Shown here piece by piece: positions 20,153-30,831 of a stretch of 64,000 nt of DNA; position 1 is the first letter of the stretch, and each line of letters opens with the position of its first letter. The notes beneath the pieces were generated by a model. That model saw nothing but the letters and a program-made list of their open reading frames with translations. It did no database searches and had not been told where the DNA came from. The position numbers were made by a program, and so were the translations under genes. Location: positions 288,001 to 352,000 of the forward strand of contig CBDDIJ010000002.1 in NCBI GenBank assembly GCA_965228855.1, written 5' to 3'. This DNA is from Candidatus Obscuribacterales bacterium (GTDB taxonomy: Bacteria; Cyanobacteriota; Vampirovibrionia; Obscuribacterales; Obscuribacteraceae).

Positions 20153-22816
20153 CTACTCAGCAGCCTCGATCGAACCGGCGACCACGGTGACGGCGTGATC
20201 CAGGTCGAAGTATTTGCGAATCGCCGCATCCACTTCTTCCTTGGTGACCGCATCGTACTTGGCCTTGAGACCGTCGATCTCGGCAGCGCCCAGACCATAG
20301 ACCTCGAGGTTCACGAGAGCCGAGGCGAGACCGGCAGTGCTCCGCAACGAGACGACGAACGAGCCGTAAGCCCGTCCTTTCTCATCGGCGAGTTCTCGCT
20401 CGGTGATGCCGCTCGCGCGATAGTCGTCGACGACCTTGCGCACCAGTCCAATGGCTTTCTCGATGTTCTCCGGGTTAACGGAGAGCGTGATTTTCCACGG
20501 GGCGAAGCCGGCGGTAACGTTCTCGAAGCTGCAGGTGATGCCGTAAGTCAGACCGTTGCGCTCGCGCACTTCGAGCCCGAGCCTCGACGAAAGCGTGTCG
20601 GCACCAAGCGCCGCATTGGCCAGACTGGCGGCGAAGTAATCGGGATCCGTGCGCTTGACGGCGGCAGGCAGACCGATAGCGATATCGGTCGATGCTTTGC
20701 CGGCGATTGGAACGTCGATACGAGCCGCCTGAGCGGGAACTTCGACAGCCGAAACAGCAATCGGTTTCACCTCTGCGCCCTGCCACTCGGTGAGCGACGC
20801 CGGAAGGATTTCGAGCACCTTGTCCGGATCGATGGCACCGCAAATGGCGAGAACCAGCCCCCTGGGCGAGTAGTTCTCGGCGTGGAATTTGACCAGGTCA
20901 TCGCGGGTGATACCACGCAACTCGGCAAGCAATTCGTCATACGGCTTGTCGTGATAGACCACGGACTTGTCGTAGAGCTCCTGCGAGAGCCGCGCGGACG
21001 CGACAGACTCGGTATCGGAGCTGGTCTGCATGACGAAGGCCTCGAACTCCTTCAGACTGCGGTCGAGCTCAGCCTGCGCGAAGAGCGGGTGGCGCAGCAC
21101 ATTCCCGTAAAGTCCGAGGAAGGCGACCAGGTCATCCCGTACGACGGTAGCAAGACTGCCCACCGTGAACGGTCCCGTGCGGAAACCGATACCGGCACCC
21201 ATGCCTTCCAGTTGCTCCGCGAGTTCGGCTTTGCCGAGCTGTGCAGAACCCTTGGTGAGCATATACGAGACGAGCTCGGGGACAAGCGCCTTGTCGTAGG
21301 TGCTGGCTGCAGAACCGGCGCGCAGCGCAGTCGCCAAGGAGACCGTCTCGCCGGGAGTGGCGAGAGCGAGCACGGTCAGACCATTGGGAAGTACGTGCCG
21401 ACGAACGCGTTCTGCATACGTCGCCGACTCCGCAGAACCGGACACAGCGGACTCAACACCGCCAGTGGTGGCAGACTCAACGACAGCATCCTCGCCGGAC
21501 TCCGCCTCGGCAACCGGCTGGAAATAGCCGGTCGTGCGGTTATCCGAGTTAAGATACTGGGCAGCGACACGCGTGACGTCCGCGGCGGTGACGGCGTCGA
21601 AGTTATCGTCGTAATCCAACGACCACTTCCAGTCGGCAACGGATTCGCCGTCGCAGAGCAGCTCGGCGAAGTCGCTCGAGTCGTCGTGCTTCAGCAGAGT
21701 CGCCTTCCGATTCGCCTGTTTCACGCGCTTGAGGTCGCGCTCATCAGCCGGACGTGACACCAGACCCTCGAGCTCGGCATGAATTGCCGCCTCCAGAGTC
21801 CTGGGCTCGACGCCCGGCGCGCAGGTCGCCTGCACGATGAACAAACCGGGGTCTCGGTTCTGCCCTGCCTGAGCGAAGCATTTGACTGCCAGTCCGGTAT
21901 CGACCAGCGCCTTGTAAAGACGGCTGGCACGCTTACCGCTCGAACCGAGAAGCGCCGCCGCCACCGACAGGGCGTACGTGTCGCCATGCGCCGCCTGGGG
22001 AACGTGGAATCCCATCCAGATCTCGGGCATATCATTGCCCTTGCGCCGAATGGTGAAGGTGCGCTCGCCCTCCTGCTTCGGTTCGGTTGTGTAGACCGCA
22101 GGAATCTCGTGCGGAGAAGGCGCGATCGCTCCGAACAGTTTCGCAACCAGAGCCAGAGTCGCCTCCGGATCCAGGTCGCCGGCGACGATCAAGGTCGCGT
22201 TATTCGGGAAGTAGAACGTGTCGTAGAACTGCTGCATGCGCTCCATCGGGACGCCTTCGACGTCCGAGCGCCAGCCGATCACCGGGTGGTGATACGGATG
22301 TTCGCGGAAGGACATCGCCATCAGTTCTTTGTACATCACGTCCGACGGGTCATTTTCGCCGCGCTCGAACTCGTTGCGAACCACGGTCATCTCGGAGTTG
22401 CGGTCGTCCCTGGTGAGGACGAGATTGCGCATGCGGTCCGCCTCGATGGCGAGAACCAGCTCGAGATGCTCCTTCGCCACCACCTCGTAATAGTTGGTGC
22501 GGTCGAAGGACGTGGTTGCATTGTAGAGCGCGCCGATCGGCTTGAGCAGGTCATCGATGCCGTTGCCCTTGCTCGGGTGACGGTCGGTCGTGCCCTTGAA
22601 CATCATGTGTTCGAGAAAGTGCGTCGAACCCGTGTAGCCGACGGCTTCGTTGCGGGACCCGACGCGATAAACGATCATTGCGGTCACAACGGGCGCCGAG
22701 TGGTTCTCGACGAACAACACCTTCAGCCCGTTCGACTTGAGCCGGTACTCGACCACGGCACCCTGTGAGGCGACGAAATCGAAACCAAGCCCTGACAATA
22801 CAGTTTGGTCTTTCAT
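20153..22816 (-). CDS. M16 family zinc protease (fused active and inactive halves)
   Basis: HFLEH inverted zincin motif, NATTSFDRTNY, second M16 domain pair ending LREREG-like/TYG. Confidence 0.93.
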   Translation of the reverse strand: MKDQTVLSGLGFDFVASQGAVVEYRLKSNGLKVLFVENHSAPVVTAMIVYRVGSRNEAVGYTGSTHFLEHMMFKGTTDRHPSKGNGIDDLLKPIGALYNATTSFDRTNYYEVVAKEHLELVLAIEADRMRNLVLTRDDRNSEMTVVRNEFERGENDPSDVMYKELMAMSFREHPYHHPVIGWRSDVEGVPMERMQQFYDTFYFPNNATLIVAGDLDPEATLALVAKLFGAIAPSPHEIPAVYTTEPKQEGERTFTIRRKGNDMPEIWMGFHVPQAAHGDTYALSVAAALLGSSGKRASRLYKALVDTGLAVKCFAQAGQNRDPGLFIVQATCAPGVEPRTLEAAIHAELEGLVSRPADERDLKRVKQANRKATLLKHDDSSDFAELLCDGESVADWKWSLDYDDNFDAVTAADVTRVAAQYLNSDNRTTGYFQPVAEAESGEDAVVESATTGGVESAVSGSAESATYAERVRRHVLPNGLTVLALATPGETVSLATALRAGSAASTYDKALVPELVSYMLTKGSAQLGKAELAEQLEGMGAGIGFRTGPFTVGSLATVVRDDLVAFLGLYGNVLRHPLFAQAELDRSLKEFEAFVMQTSSDTESVASARLSQELYDKSVVYHDKPYDELLAELRGITRDDLVKFHAENYSPRGLVLAICGAIDPDKVLEILPASLTEWQGAEVKPIAVSAVEVPAQAARIDVPIAGKASTDIAIGLPAAVKRTDPDYFAASLANAALGADTLSSRLGLEVRERNGLTYGITCSFENVTAGFAPWKITLSVNPENIEKAIGLVRKVVDDYRASGITERELADEKGRAYGSFVVSLRSTAGLASALVNLEVYGLGAAEIDGLKAKYDAVTKEEVDAAIRKYFDLDHAVTVVAGSIEAAE

Positions 22817-22921
22817 CTTAGTGTTTCCTAGGCTTTCGCCTTGTTATAAGAGGCCGCCGGTGAATGCCAGCGCCTCTAAAATTCTGAGCGGTGAGTGCGC
22901 CCAGCCTAGCGGTTAACGGAA

Positions 22922-24397
22922 TTACGGCTTAGCGTTCAATTTCTGCTCCAGGAAGCGCACAGCCGCCTGGAACTGATTGTCATTGACGCTGCCGTACGAC
23001 CCCCAGCCCGACTTTTCCAGCCGGATGGCCGGCTGAACACCGTTGCTGATGGTCTGCCCGGCGTCACCAAGAAAGGTGCCTGCCGGAGTAAAGGCTCTGA
23101 GGTGCGTGATCCTCAGCTTGTGCCCATTGCCGATGGGCAGATAAGTCTGACCGATGCCCTTGCCGAAAGTGGTGGTACCGATGGCGGTGGCGACTCCGTT
23201 ATCGATTAGAGCAGCCGAGAACATCTCAGCAGCCGAGGCGGAGTTACCGTTGACCAGCAGGACAACCGGTCTGCCCTTGAGCAGATTCGGCGGTCGCTGC
23301 AACATCGGCACCGGAAAGTCACGAATCAAGCCATAGTTGGCCCTGAGCAGGATCTGGCTGCGGGTGATGTCCACGTGCGTCAACATGTAGCCGCCTTTCG
23401 GCATGCGCAGGTTGATGTTCGTGACATTGCCTTCATCCATGAACAGCGCCGCTGTGCGCACCGCCTCGTGAATGAAACCGCCGGGATTGTCGCGCAGGTC
23501 GATGACGAGCGCGTCCACGTCGGTGAGTTTCTCCATCGCCTCCTGCACTTGCGAGTGCACTGACCACTGGTCGAAGGTTTCGATGCGAATGTAGCCCACC
23601 CGACCGGTAGCGGGAGCGGCAGGCTTACCACCACCAGCGGTGCCATCGACAACCTGCAAACGGGTCACCGGAAGCCGCCCCTTCTTCTTTCTGGCATGCT
23701 CCAAACTGTGAACCGGTGCAACTTCCAGCGTTTTGACGACCGACTGCGGAACTTTGCCTCGAGCAATCGTGACGGAAAATTCCTTCCCGTCGCGGCGCAT
23801 GACGAGCGTGACCGTTTGACCTTCGTCGCCCTTGAGGGCATCGGATAGCATTGCGATGCTCCAGGTGGATACATCCTTGCCGTCGATGGAAACGAAGTCG
23901 TCACCGTCTTTCAGACCAGCCAGCTCACCGGGGCCGCCAGGAACCACACGCTTGAGCGTAAGTTGCGAACCACGAGCTGCCAGCTCAACACCGACGCCGA
24001 TGTAGTGACCATCAGCCCGTTCCTTATCGCGTTCGACAATCGAAGCGGTGAGCAGTTTCGTATACGATTCGTCCAGATGTTCGACCATTTCACTTGCATA
24101 TTTCAGCGCGTCGTCTTCGGTCTTGATCAGGTGGTCGTACTTGTGCTCCCACTGGTCCCAGTCTTTGAGCCGGGACTGGTCGTAGATGTTGTCCCTGGCC
24201 ACGCTCCAGGTGTTGTGGTACAGCTCAATCGGCGTGACATGCGGATCGTAGATGAAGTAATGGGCATAACTCAGTACGATGGTCGCTGCCGCGAGCAGGA
24301 CGGCCATTGTGCTGAGCCCAAGAACGGAGAGCCCTTTCGACAAAAGTCCTCGCTTCACCTCAAGTCGAGGAGCGAGAAAAAATATTCTCCTGAACAT
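22922..24397 (-). CDS. S41A carboxyl-terminal processing protease (PDZ), paralogue 1
   Basis: DLRDNPGG, SASAAEM, TTFGKG motifs; PDZ; TM helix. Confidence 0.92.
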   Translation of the reverse strand: MFRRIFFLAPRLEVKRGLLSKGLSVLGLSTMAVLLAAATIVLSYAHYFIYDPHVTPIELYHNTWSVARDNIYDQSRLKDWDQWEHKYDHLIKTEDDALKYASEMVEHLDESYTKLLTASIVERDKERADGHYIGVGVELAARGSQLTLKRVVPGGPGELAGLKDGDDFVSIDGKDVSTWSIAMLSDALKGDEGQTVTLVMRRDGKEFSVTIARGKVPQSVVKTLEVAPVHSLEHARKKKGRLPVTRLQVVDGTAGGGKPAAPATGRVGYIRIETFDQWSVHSQVQEAMEKLTDVDALVIDLRDNPGGFIHEAVRTAALFMDEGNVTNINLRMPKGGYMLTHVDITRSQILLRANYGLIRDFPVPMLQRPPNLLKGRPVVLLVNGNSASAAEMFSAALIDNGVATAIGTTTFGKGIGQTYLPIGNGHKLRITHLRAFTPAGTFLGDAGQTISNGVQPAIRLEKSGWGSYGSVNDNQFQAAVRFLEQKLNAKP

Positions 24398-24463
24398 AAT
24401 TGCGTACTCCAAAAGGAAGCGGAGCCCGGCTTCTGATGCCGAGCTCCGCCTGATGAAACGCGC

Positions 24464-25855
24464 TTAGTTGTCCTGGTTGAGGAACTTCAGCGCGAAGTCG
24501 AGCTGGTTGTCCGTCGGCGTGCCAGGGCGAAAGCCCTTGCCGGGAACAACCGTGTGATGCGGCTCGATGCCATGGTGAGCGGCGCTGCCGTCACCGACCC
24601 AGGTGCCGTTGGGCGTGAAGTACCGCAGCGTGGTGATACGCAGAACGGTTCCGTTCGGCATCGGCATGAACAGCTGTCCGATGCCCTTGCCGAAGGTCTT
24701 CTCGCCGATGACGGTGACCCGATTGTTGTCCTTGAGCGCGCCGGTGAACATCTCGGAAGCCGAGGCGGAGTGCCCGTTGACGAGGAGCACGATCTTCTTG
24801 CCGGCGGTGAGGTCAGCGTAGCGCTGCTTCACCTTCACCTCGGTCGTGCCGTCCGATTCGTCCAGATCCTCGACGAGCATGCGGTCCTTCTGCAGGCGAT
24901 AGGTGGTCTTGCTGTATCCACCGAAAGGCACGCGGTTGCGAATCGAGACCACGTCACCTTCGGACAGGAAGAGCGAAACCAGGTCGATGCAGATGTCCAC
25001 ACGACCGCCGGGATTGCCGCGAAGGTCGATGACCAGCGACTTCGCATCCTGCATCGACTTGAGCGCAGCGGCCATCTCTTCGATGGTGTCGTCCTGCTCG
25101 AAGCTCGAGAGCGCGATGTAGCCTACGTCTCCGTAACGCTTGGTGAGTACGGCCGGCGAATTGACGACACCACGGACGATGTCGAGCTTACGTTCGACGC
25201 CGGCGCTCTCGACCACGAGAGTGACGGGAGTGCCGGGCTTGCCCTTGAGCTCCTTGACGATGTCCTTCAGGTTCTTGTCCTTCAGGTCGACGCCATTGGC
25301 GCTCTTGATGGCATCACCAGCCTTCATGCCGGCCTTGCCAGCAGGACCATCATCGAACACTTTGTCGATAACGGGATAGCCGTCGGCGTTCGCCTGCGGC
25401 AGTACCTCGCCGGACTTGTCGAGGACGGGCTTGCCGTCTTCGTCGGCCTTGTAGCCGAGCCCGACGCCGATGCCTGCGAAGGTACCGGACATCTCCTGGC
25501 GCATGGCCTGGACTTCCTCACGACTGTGGTAGTGCGTGAACGGGTCCTTGAGACTGTCGAGCATTTCGTTGGCGTAACGCACGGCATCTTCTTCGGTTTT
25601 GATCTTGCCGTCGAACTTGTGCTCCCACTGATCCCAGTCCTTCATCTGCGAAGGGTCGTAGGCGAAGCCGGGAGCGACCTGCCAGACACGGTGAAACAAC
25701 TTCTCGGGCGAAGCCGCGAAGTACTCAGTCGCGACGAACGCGCCGAGTGCGACGAGGAACAGCGTGACCCCGAGAGAACCGAGCCCCATGAACTGCAGGG
25801 CTCGCTTGAAGAAACTCTTGCGCTCTTCCGGCGCAGGTCCAGGTGCGAGAAACAT
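24464..25855 (-). CDS. S41A carboxyl-terminal processing protease (PDZ), paralogue 2
   Basis: DLRGNPGG, SASASEM, KTFGKG motifs; PDZ; TM helix. Confidence 0.92.
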   Translation of the reverse strand: MFLAPGPAPEERKSFFKRALQFMGLGSLGVTLFLVALGAFVATEYFAASPEKLFHRVWQVAPGFAYDPSQMKDWDQWEHKFDGKIKTEEDAVRYANEMLDSLKDPFTHYHSREEVQAMRQEMSGTFAGIGVGLGYKADEDGKPVLDKSGEVLPQANADGYPVIDKVFDDGPAGKAGMKAGDAIKSANGVDLKDKNLKDIVKELKGKPGTPVTLVVESAGVERKLDIVRGVVNSPAVLTKRYGDVGYIALSSFEQDDTIEEMAAALKSMQDAKSLVIDLRGNPGGRVDICIDLVSLFLSEGDVVSIRNRVPFGGYSKTTYRLQKDRMLVEDLDESDGTTEVKVKQRYADLTAGKKIVLLVNGHSASASEMFTGALKDNNRVTVIGEKTFGKGIGQLFMPMPNGTVLRITTLRYFTPNGTWVGDGSAAHHGIEPHHTVVPGKGFRPGTPTDNQLDFALKFLNQDN

Positions 25856-26585
25856 GATGTTTACTCCAGAGTTATTGCTCGTCTTGGCGAGCGAAAAGGC
25901 ATACGCTCGAAAGCGCCGATTGCATAACTGCATTCGGCGCTACCTAGGCGTATGCGTCTGATGCTCGACGGAAGCCGAGCGCGGGACACACCACGAGCAC
26001 TGAAACGTGCCGCGGTATGGGTCGAAAGAAACCGAGCGACACGTCAATGTCACCACTGGTGACACCACCATGTCATACCGGAGCGGAACTACCTGCCGAC
26101 AACAAGCACTCAAGCCCGATCATGCGATAGCTGCTGCGAGGCAGTCAGTCAGTCGATCTCGAGCGCGTGCACGACCAGACGATGCTACCGCCGGTAGAAC
26201 CACCTTCAAGCTCTTAGAACAGAGATGTGATTACGAGTGCTGAGTCAGAAATAGTCCTGGGTAGATAAGCAGAGATATGCTTGAACATAAGAAATAGACG
26301 TGAAGATCAGCAAATTAACTAGATCCAGGTTTACTCCGGAGATAAATAAACGCGCTGTAATTTGACACGCGCACACAGAATTTATCGCAGAGTTAAAAGC
26401 TCCCCCAGTTAAGGCTTTTAGCAATATCGCGAGAATAGCTTATATGCCAAATCCTTCTTGACATCAGTAATGACGGGGGTTTCCGGCTTAGCGCAGGTTC
26501 GTTAATCGCTACCACAAACGCGTTTTATTTTTCTCATAAATAGCTAAAATACCCTAAGCCACAATTTCGGAAAGGTCTCCCACGA

Positions 26586-27053
26586 ATGTCACTCAATCAC
26601 CATCTTCAGATTTTCAGAACCAACTCGCTAATTAATCACGTTAGCGCCCTCGTGCTGACTACAGGAACGGCGTTATTCGTTTCTGGCTGCTCGGCCTCGG
26701 ACAAAACTGCCACAGCAAATGACGCCGAAATTCTGAACGACGCAAACGCATATCATGCAATCTATGACTCGAAAAAACCTGTTCTCGTCGAATTCTGCGC
26801 CCCCTGGGCTGAAAGCTCAAAACAAACGGCGCCGATAATGAGCGATCTTGCAGCCGAATTTACCGACGTGCGTTTTGTGCGCGTAGACACTGACAAAGCG
26901 CCGCAGACCATGCAGATGTTCGAGATTGAAACTGTTCCAACCTTCATTCTAGTAAGCAAGAAATGCAAGCACGGAAAACAACTGACCGGTGTTCATACCA
27001 AAAGCGAACTGGCAGCATTCATCAGCGAAAGCTACGCTGAGTGCCACGATTGA
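26586..27053 (+). CDS. Thioredoxin-fold lipoprotein lacking CXXC
   Basis: KPVLVEFCAPWAESSK, VPTF cis-Pro loop; lipobox-like VSGC. Confidence 0.8.
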   Translation: MSLNHHLQIFRTNSLINHVSALVLTTGTALFVSGCSASDKTATANDAEILNDANAYHAIYDSKKPVLVEFCAPWAESSKQTAPIMSDLAAEFTDVRFVRVDTDKAPQTMQMFEIETVPTFILVSKKCKHGKQLTGVHTKSELAAFISESYAECHD

Positions 27054-27075
27054 TTGTGCGCCGTTTATCGATCAA

Positions 27076-28455
27076 TTAACGCGAAGATGCGACGTTGCCT
27101 TTGAGGATATGTTCACGCGCCTCACCGACCACGTAAATAGATCCGGTAACTACGATAACTTCGCCTTCCTTAGCCACTTTGCGCGCTTCATCAATGGCCT
27201 CGGCAACACTGTTTGAAACATGAACATCAGCATCAGCGGCACCGAATGTGGTGACAACTTCTGCAATGTCCGAAGGATTCATTGAGCGCGGATTTTTCGA
27301 TCGAGTCGCTATACAGAGGCTGCTCATGCTCTCTAGCTGTTTCCAAATCGCACTCATGTTCTTGTCCATGTTCAAACCAAGAACAAAGATGCACGACTTC
27401 ACGTCGAAGAACTGCTTGATTGCATCAGCCAGAGCCTGAGCCGACTCGTGATTATGAGCGGCGTCAACGACTATGATTGGCTCTCCGTTCTTCTTGCCGT
27501 CTTTGAAGCCACTGAGTATCTGCAGTCGTCCGGGAACAACCGCTTTCTCGAGTCCCTTCCTGATGTGCTCATCGGTAATATTCACGCCTTCTTTCCGCAA
27601 CGCCAATGCAGCGGCAGCGGCTGTAGATGCGTTGCTCACCTGGTGAGAGCCAAGCATGGGCGTAAACAACTCGAGCGAACCAAACTCTTTTGATTCGAGC
27701 GAGAACGTCTGCCCGGTTATGTCTTGCTTCTCAGTGCGGATTTTGTACTCGCGCGCAACGTCTATAAGCGTCGCCTGCACCTCGCCACAACGACGACCGA
27801 CAGCCGTTCTTGCGCCCTGGTCTTTCTGCGGAGCGAGCACGGCGATACACTTCGGCGTGATGATTCCAGCTTTGTTCGCCGCGATTTCGGTTGGCGTCGA
27901 GCCCAATATCTCAACGTGTTCGAGACTGATAGGCGTGATCACAGCAACATCTTTGGTAGCAAATACGTTAGTGACGTCATACCGTCCGCCGAGACCAACC
28001 TCGACTACCTGCCAGTCGATCGGCGGGTTGCTGTTTTTGGCCAGATGAAAGAATAATGCGGTGAGGACGCCAAAAGTTGAGATATTGTTGTTTCCAGCAG
28101 ATTTCTCAGCTTCGATAATCGGTTTGATCTCCGCGACGCCTTTGGCAAAACGCTCAGGGTCGACATTTTTGCCGCCGAACGCAATGCGCTCGCAGTAGTC
28201 GTGCAGGTGTGGGCTGGTATATAGCGCAGTATTCAAACCGGCTTCGTTCAGAATGTGAGCAATCATCGTGCTCGTACTGCCCTTGCCTTTGGAACCGGCG
28301 ACGTGCACCGTGTGGCGACCAAGTTGCGGATTCTCCATACGCTCCAACAGCGCCCGCATCGACGGCAAACCCATCGTCGGACCGCGCGCGCCGAACGTGG
28401 CTCTTTCCATGTCTGGAAATTGTTGGATGTACGCTATGGCTTCCGCATAATTCAT
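27076..28455 (-). CDS. folC: Bifunctional folylpolyglutamate/dihydrofolate synthase
   Basis: HVAGSKGKGST, YTSPHL, EVGLGGRYD, DAAHN, TGSIYVVGE motifs. Confidence 0.95.
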   Translation of the reverse strand: MNYAEAIAYIQQFPDMERATFGARGPTMGLPSMRALLERMENPQLGRHTVHVAGSKGKGSTSTMIAHILNEAGLNTALYTSPHLHDYCERIAFGGKNVDPERFAKGVAEIKPIIEAEKSAGNNNISTFGVLTALFFHLAKNSNPPIDWQVVEVGLGGRYDVTNVFATKDVAVITPISLEHVEILGSTPTEIAANKAGIITPKCIAVLAPQKDQGARTAVGRRCGEVQATLIDVAREYKIRTEKQDITGQTFSLESKEFGSLELFTPMLGSHQVSNASTAAAAALALRKEGVNITDEHIRKGLEKAVVPGRLQILSGFKDGKKNGEPIIVVDAAHNHESAQALADAIKQFFDVKSCIFVLGLNMDKNMSAIWKQLESMSSLCIATRSKNPRSMNPSDIAEVVTTFGAADADVHVSNSVAEAIDEARKVAKEGEVIVVTGSIYVVGEAREHILKGNVASSR

Positions 28456-28696
28456 AAGATTTATTGCCTGCGCGCTTCGTTTTTGACGTTTCCGCTTGAA
28501 AACAAAGTGCGAACTTTTCTAGGTTACTGGTGCTTTTTAGACCCTAAGCACCCACATTGAGGAATACTCTCCGACAACTAAACCGTATTTCGTTGTCCAT
28601 TTCAAGCCTTTTCAAGCCTTGTCAGGTGGCATTCTTCCAGCCCCGGCGCAAGGCGGTCTTCGCACGCCCAATCCACTAACACTCGAGAACCAGAAT

Positions 28697-29914
28697 ATGA
28701 GCTCATTGCGCTCCATTTTGGGTGCCATCGGCACTCTGTTTTCTGGCGCCGTTCATAACCGGCGTTTGGCGGCCTCCAGGCTCGACGGACTCGGTGAGTC
28801 CAAAATCCGGGCCGGCGCGACGAAAATCACGAGCGATTTCGAAATCGTCGACCTCGCCTCCGGTGCTCCCGCATTCAGCACTCCTGAAGAACTCAAAACG
28901 AAAGCGGTGGAAGCCATTCTGGGCAACCACAATCAATACTCTGACCCGGCCGGCGATCGAGAACTGCGCCAGCTCATCGCTGCCCAGACCGGTCGCACAA
29001 TCAACGAAGTCACCATCACATCCGGCACTTCGGCTGCTCTGGCCGGCGTGCTCCTGGCGCTGGTTGAGAAAGGCGATGAGGTTATCGTCTTCGCGCCGTT
29101 CTTCGAGAGCTACTCCAGCGCGATTCGCCTGGCGGGAGCGACGCCGCGCTACGTCAACCTGGTCACGCCGGACTGGACGCTCGATGAAGCGGCGCTGCGG
29201 GCAGTTTTCAGCAAGCGCACCCGCGCCGTGATCGTCAACTCCCCGCACAATCCGACCGGGCGCGTGTTCAGCAAAGCGGAGTTGGAATTGGTGGCGCGGC
29301 TCTGCGAGGAGCACGATTGCTTACTGATCAGCGACGAGATCTACTCGAAGCTGACGTTCGATTCACCGACTCACGCGGCCCCGTCCCTTGCGGAAACGGT
29401 ATGGAACCGCGGTCGCAACATCATCATTGATGGGCTCTCCAAGGCTTACAACGCAACAGGCTGGCGAGTCGGTTACGTGATCGCGCCGGCGCCTGTTTCA
29501 GAACAGTTTCGCATTGTCCACTCAATCATGGGACTGTCCGCGCCTACGCCTCTTCAAATCGCTGCCCGCGGCGCGTTCGACCCGGCCGTGAATTGCGCTC
29601 TGACTGAAACCGTTTTCGCCTGTCGCGAGGCACGAGACCTGCTCTGCAATGCCTTGCAAACCGCTGGGTTCAAGCTGCGAGTTCCGGAAGGCGCGACCTA
29701 CGTTTTTGCTGACGCCACGCATCTGGGCGCCGCGAACTTGGACGACGCCCGAGACCTGCTGATCAGCCGCACCGGCGTCAAGTCCGTTTCCGGCTCCTGC
29801 TTCTTCGATGAAGCCGCACCCGCCGCCGGACAATGGCTGCGCTTCTGCTTCGCGCGCGACCTCGCGCTAATTCAGATAGCGGCTCAACGCCTGCAACTCC
29901 TGCATGCGCGCTAG
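28697..29914 (+). CDS. PLP-dependent aminotransferase class I/II
   Basis: NSPHNPTG, SDEIY, SKAYNATGWRVGY motifs. Confidence 0.92.
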   Translation: MSSLRSILGAIGTLFSGAVHNRRLAASRLDGLGESKIRAGATKITSDFEIVDLASGAPAFSTPEELKTKAVEAILGNHNQYSDPAGDRELRQLIAAQTGRTINEVTITSGTSAALAGVLLALVEKGDEVIVFAPFFESYSSAIRLAGATPRYVNLVTPDWTLDEAALRAVFSKRTRAVIVNSPHNPTGRVFSKAELELVARLCEEHDCLLISDEIYSKLTFDSPTHAAPSLAETVWNRGRNIIIDGLSKAYNATGWRVGYVIAPAPVSEQFRIVHSIMGLSAPTPLQIAARGAFDPAVNCALTETVFACREARDLLCNALQTAGFKLRVPEGATYVFADATHLGAANLDDARDLLISRTGVKSVSGSCFFDEAAPAAGQWLRFCFARDLALIQIAAQRLQLLHAR

Positions 29915-29977
29915 GCCCGAAACTGCGAACAGGCGACTTCCCACCAGGGATTTCGCCTGTTCCTCCTCCAGATCTGT

Positions 29978-30544
29978 CTACTATAAGTTTTGGTATTACT
30001 CCATTTCGCCCGAAGCCCACCCCAGCATAGCTTTCAAGGCTTGCATAGCATCGAGCCCTCCTGAATTTTTCCGATTTGTCTACGACTCGTTGACGGATCT
30101 CGCGAATTCCGGCAACGAGGCGTAGACAACGTCCTTCGCTCTGAGCCCGAAGTCATCCGAACAGATGCTCCGATCAAAACGCTGCAAATTTGATTGCAGG
30201 TTTCGAACAAAATGCTGCAAACCAATTTGCAGGTCCTTTCGCTCTGAGCCCGAAGTCATCCGAACAGGTGCTCCGATCAAGACGCTGCAAATTTGATTGC
30301 AGGTTTCGAACAAAATGCTGCAAACCAATTTGCAGGTCCTTCGTTCTGAGCCCGAAGTCCTCCGAACAGGATACGATCAATCGACTAATTCGGCTGTCTA
30401 CGCCAGAGCGACGGAATTCGCGAGATCCGTCAACGAGTCGTAGACAAAGCCGCTATTGGGGAGCCGGAAAGATGCAAACAAGGTCCGTAGAACCGCCGGT
30501 CACGAGGCATTCGGGGGACAGCGACAAACTGTCTTGTATAGTAG
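29978..30544. repeat. Double-palindrome module enclosing ~102-bp tandem repeats
   Basis: CTACTATA 29978; palindromes 30077-30128 and 30395-30446; TATAGTAG 30537; internal repeat units start 30131, 30233, 30336 (partial). Confidence 0.92.
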
Positions 30545-30831
30545 TAAAACGAGGCAAGGTTAGCGCGAGCTCATCTAGCGCTTATTTTCGTATTTACGCC
30601 CATAAGCATAAGAGTTCGCGCATGCATTACATTCCAAACTCATGAGCTTTTAGCTAGGTTCTAAGCATCTATTTCAACCCATCGCCGCGCGATAAAGGAC
30701 TAAACCTCCTTCAAGTTTTGAAAGAACGACAGTCGCAACAAATCAAAGCTGTTTGAGAGAAATCTTCGACGGTTGGTTTGGCACGGTTTGAAACGGATTT
30801 TTTGGTTCCACTAACCAGAAAGGAGTACAAG

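Noticed and set aside
30131..30380. CRISPR array or coding repeat
   Set aside because: Contiguous ~102-bp tandem repeats without spacers; the overlapping ORFs lack RBS and coding character.
30545..30831. T-box leader upstream of tyrS
   Set aside because: No GGTGG.ACCGC T-box sequence or terminator/antiterminator found.
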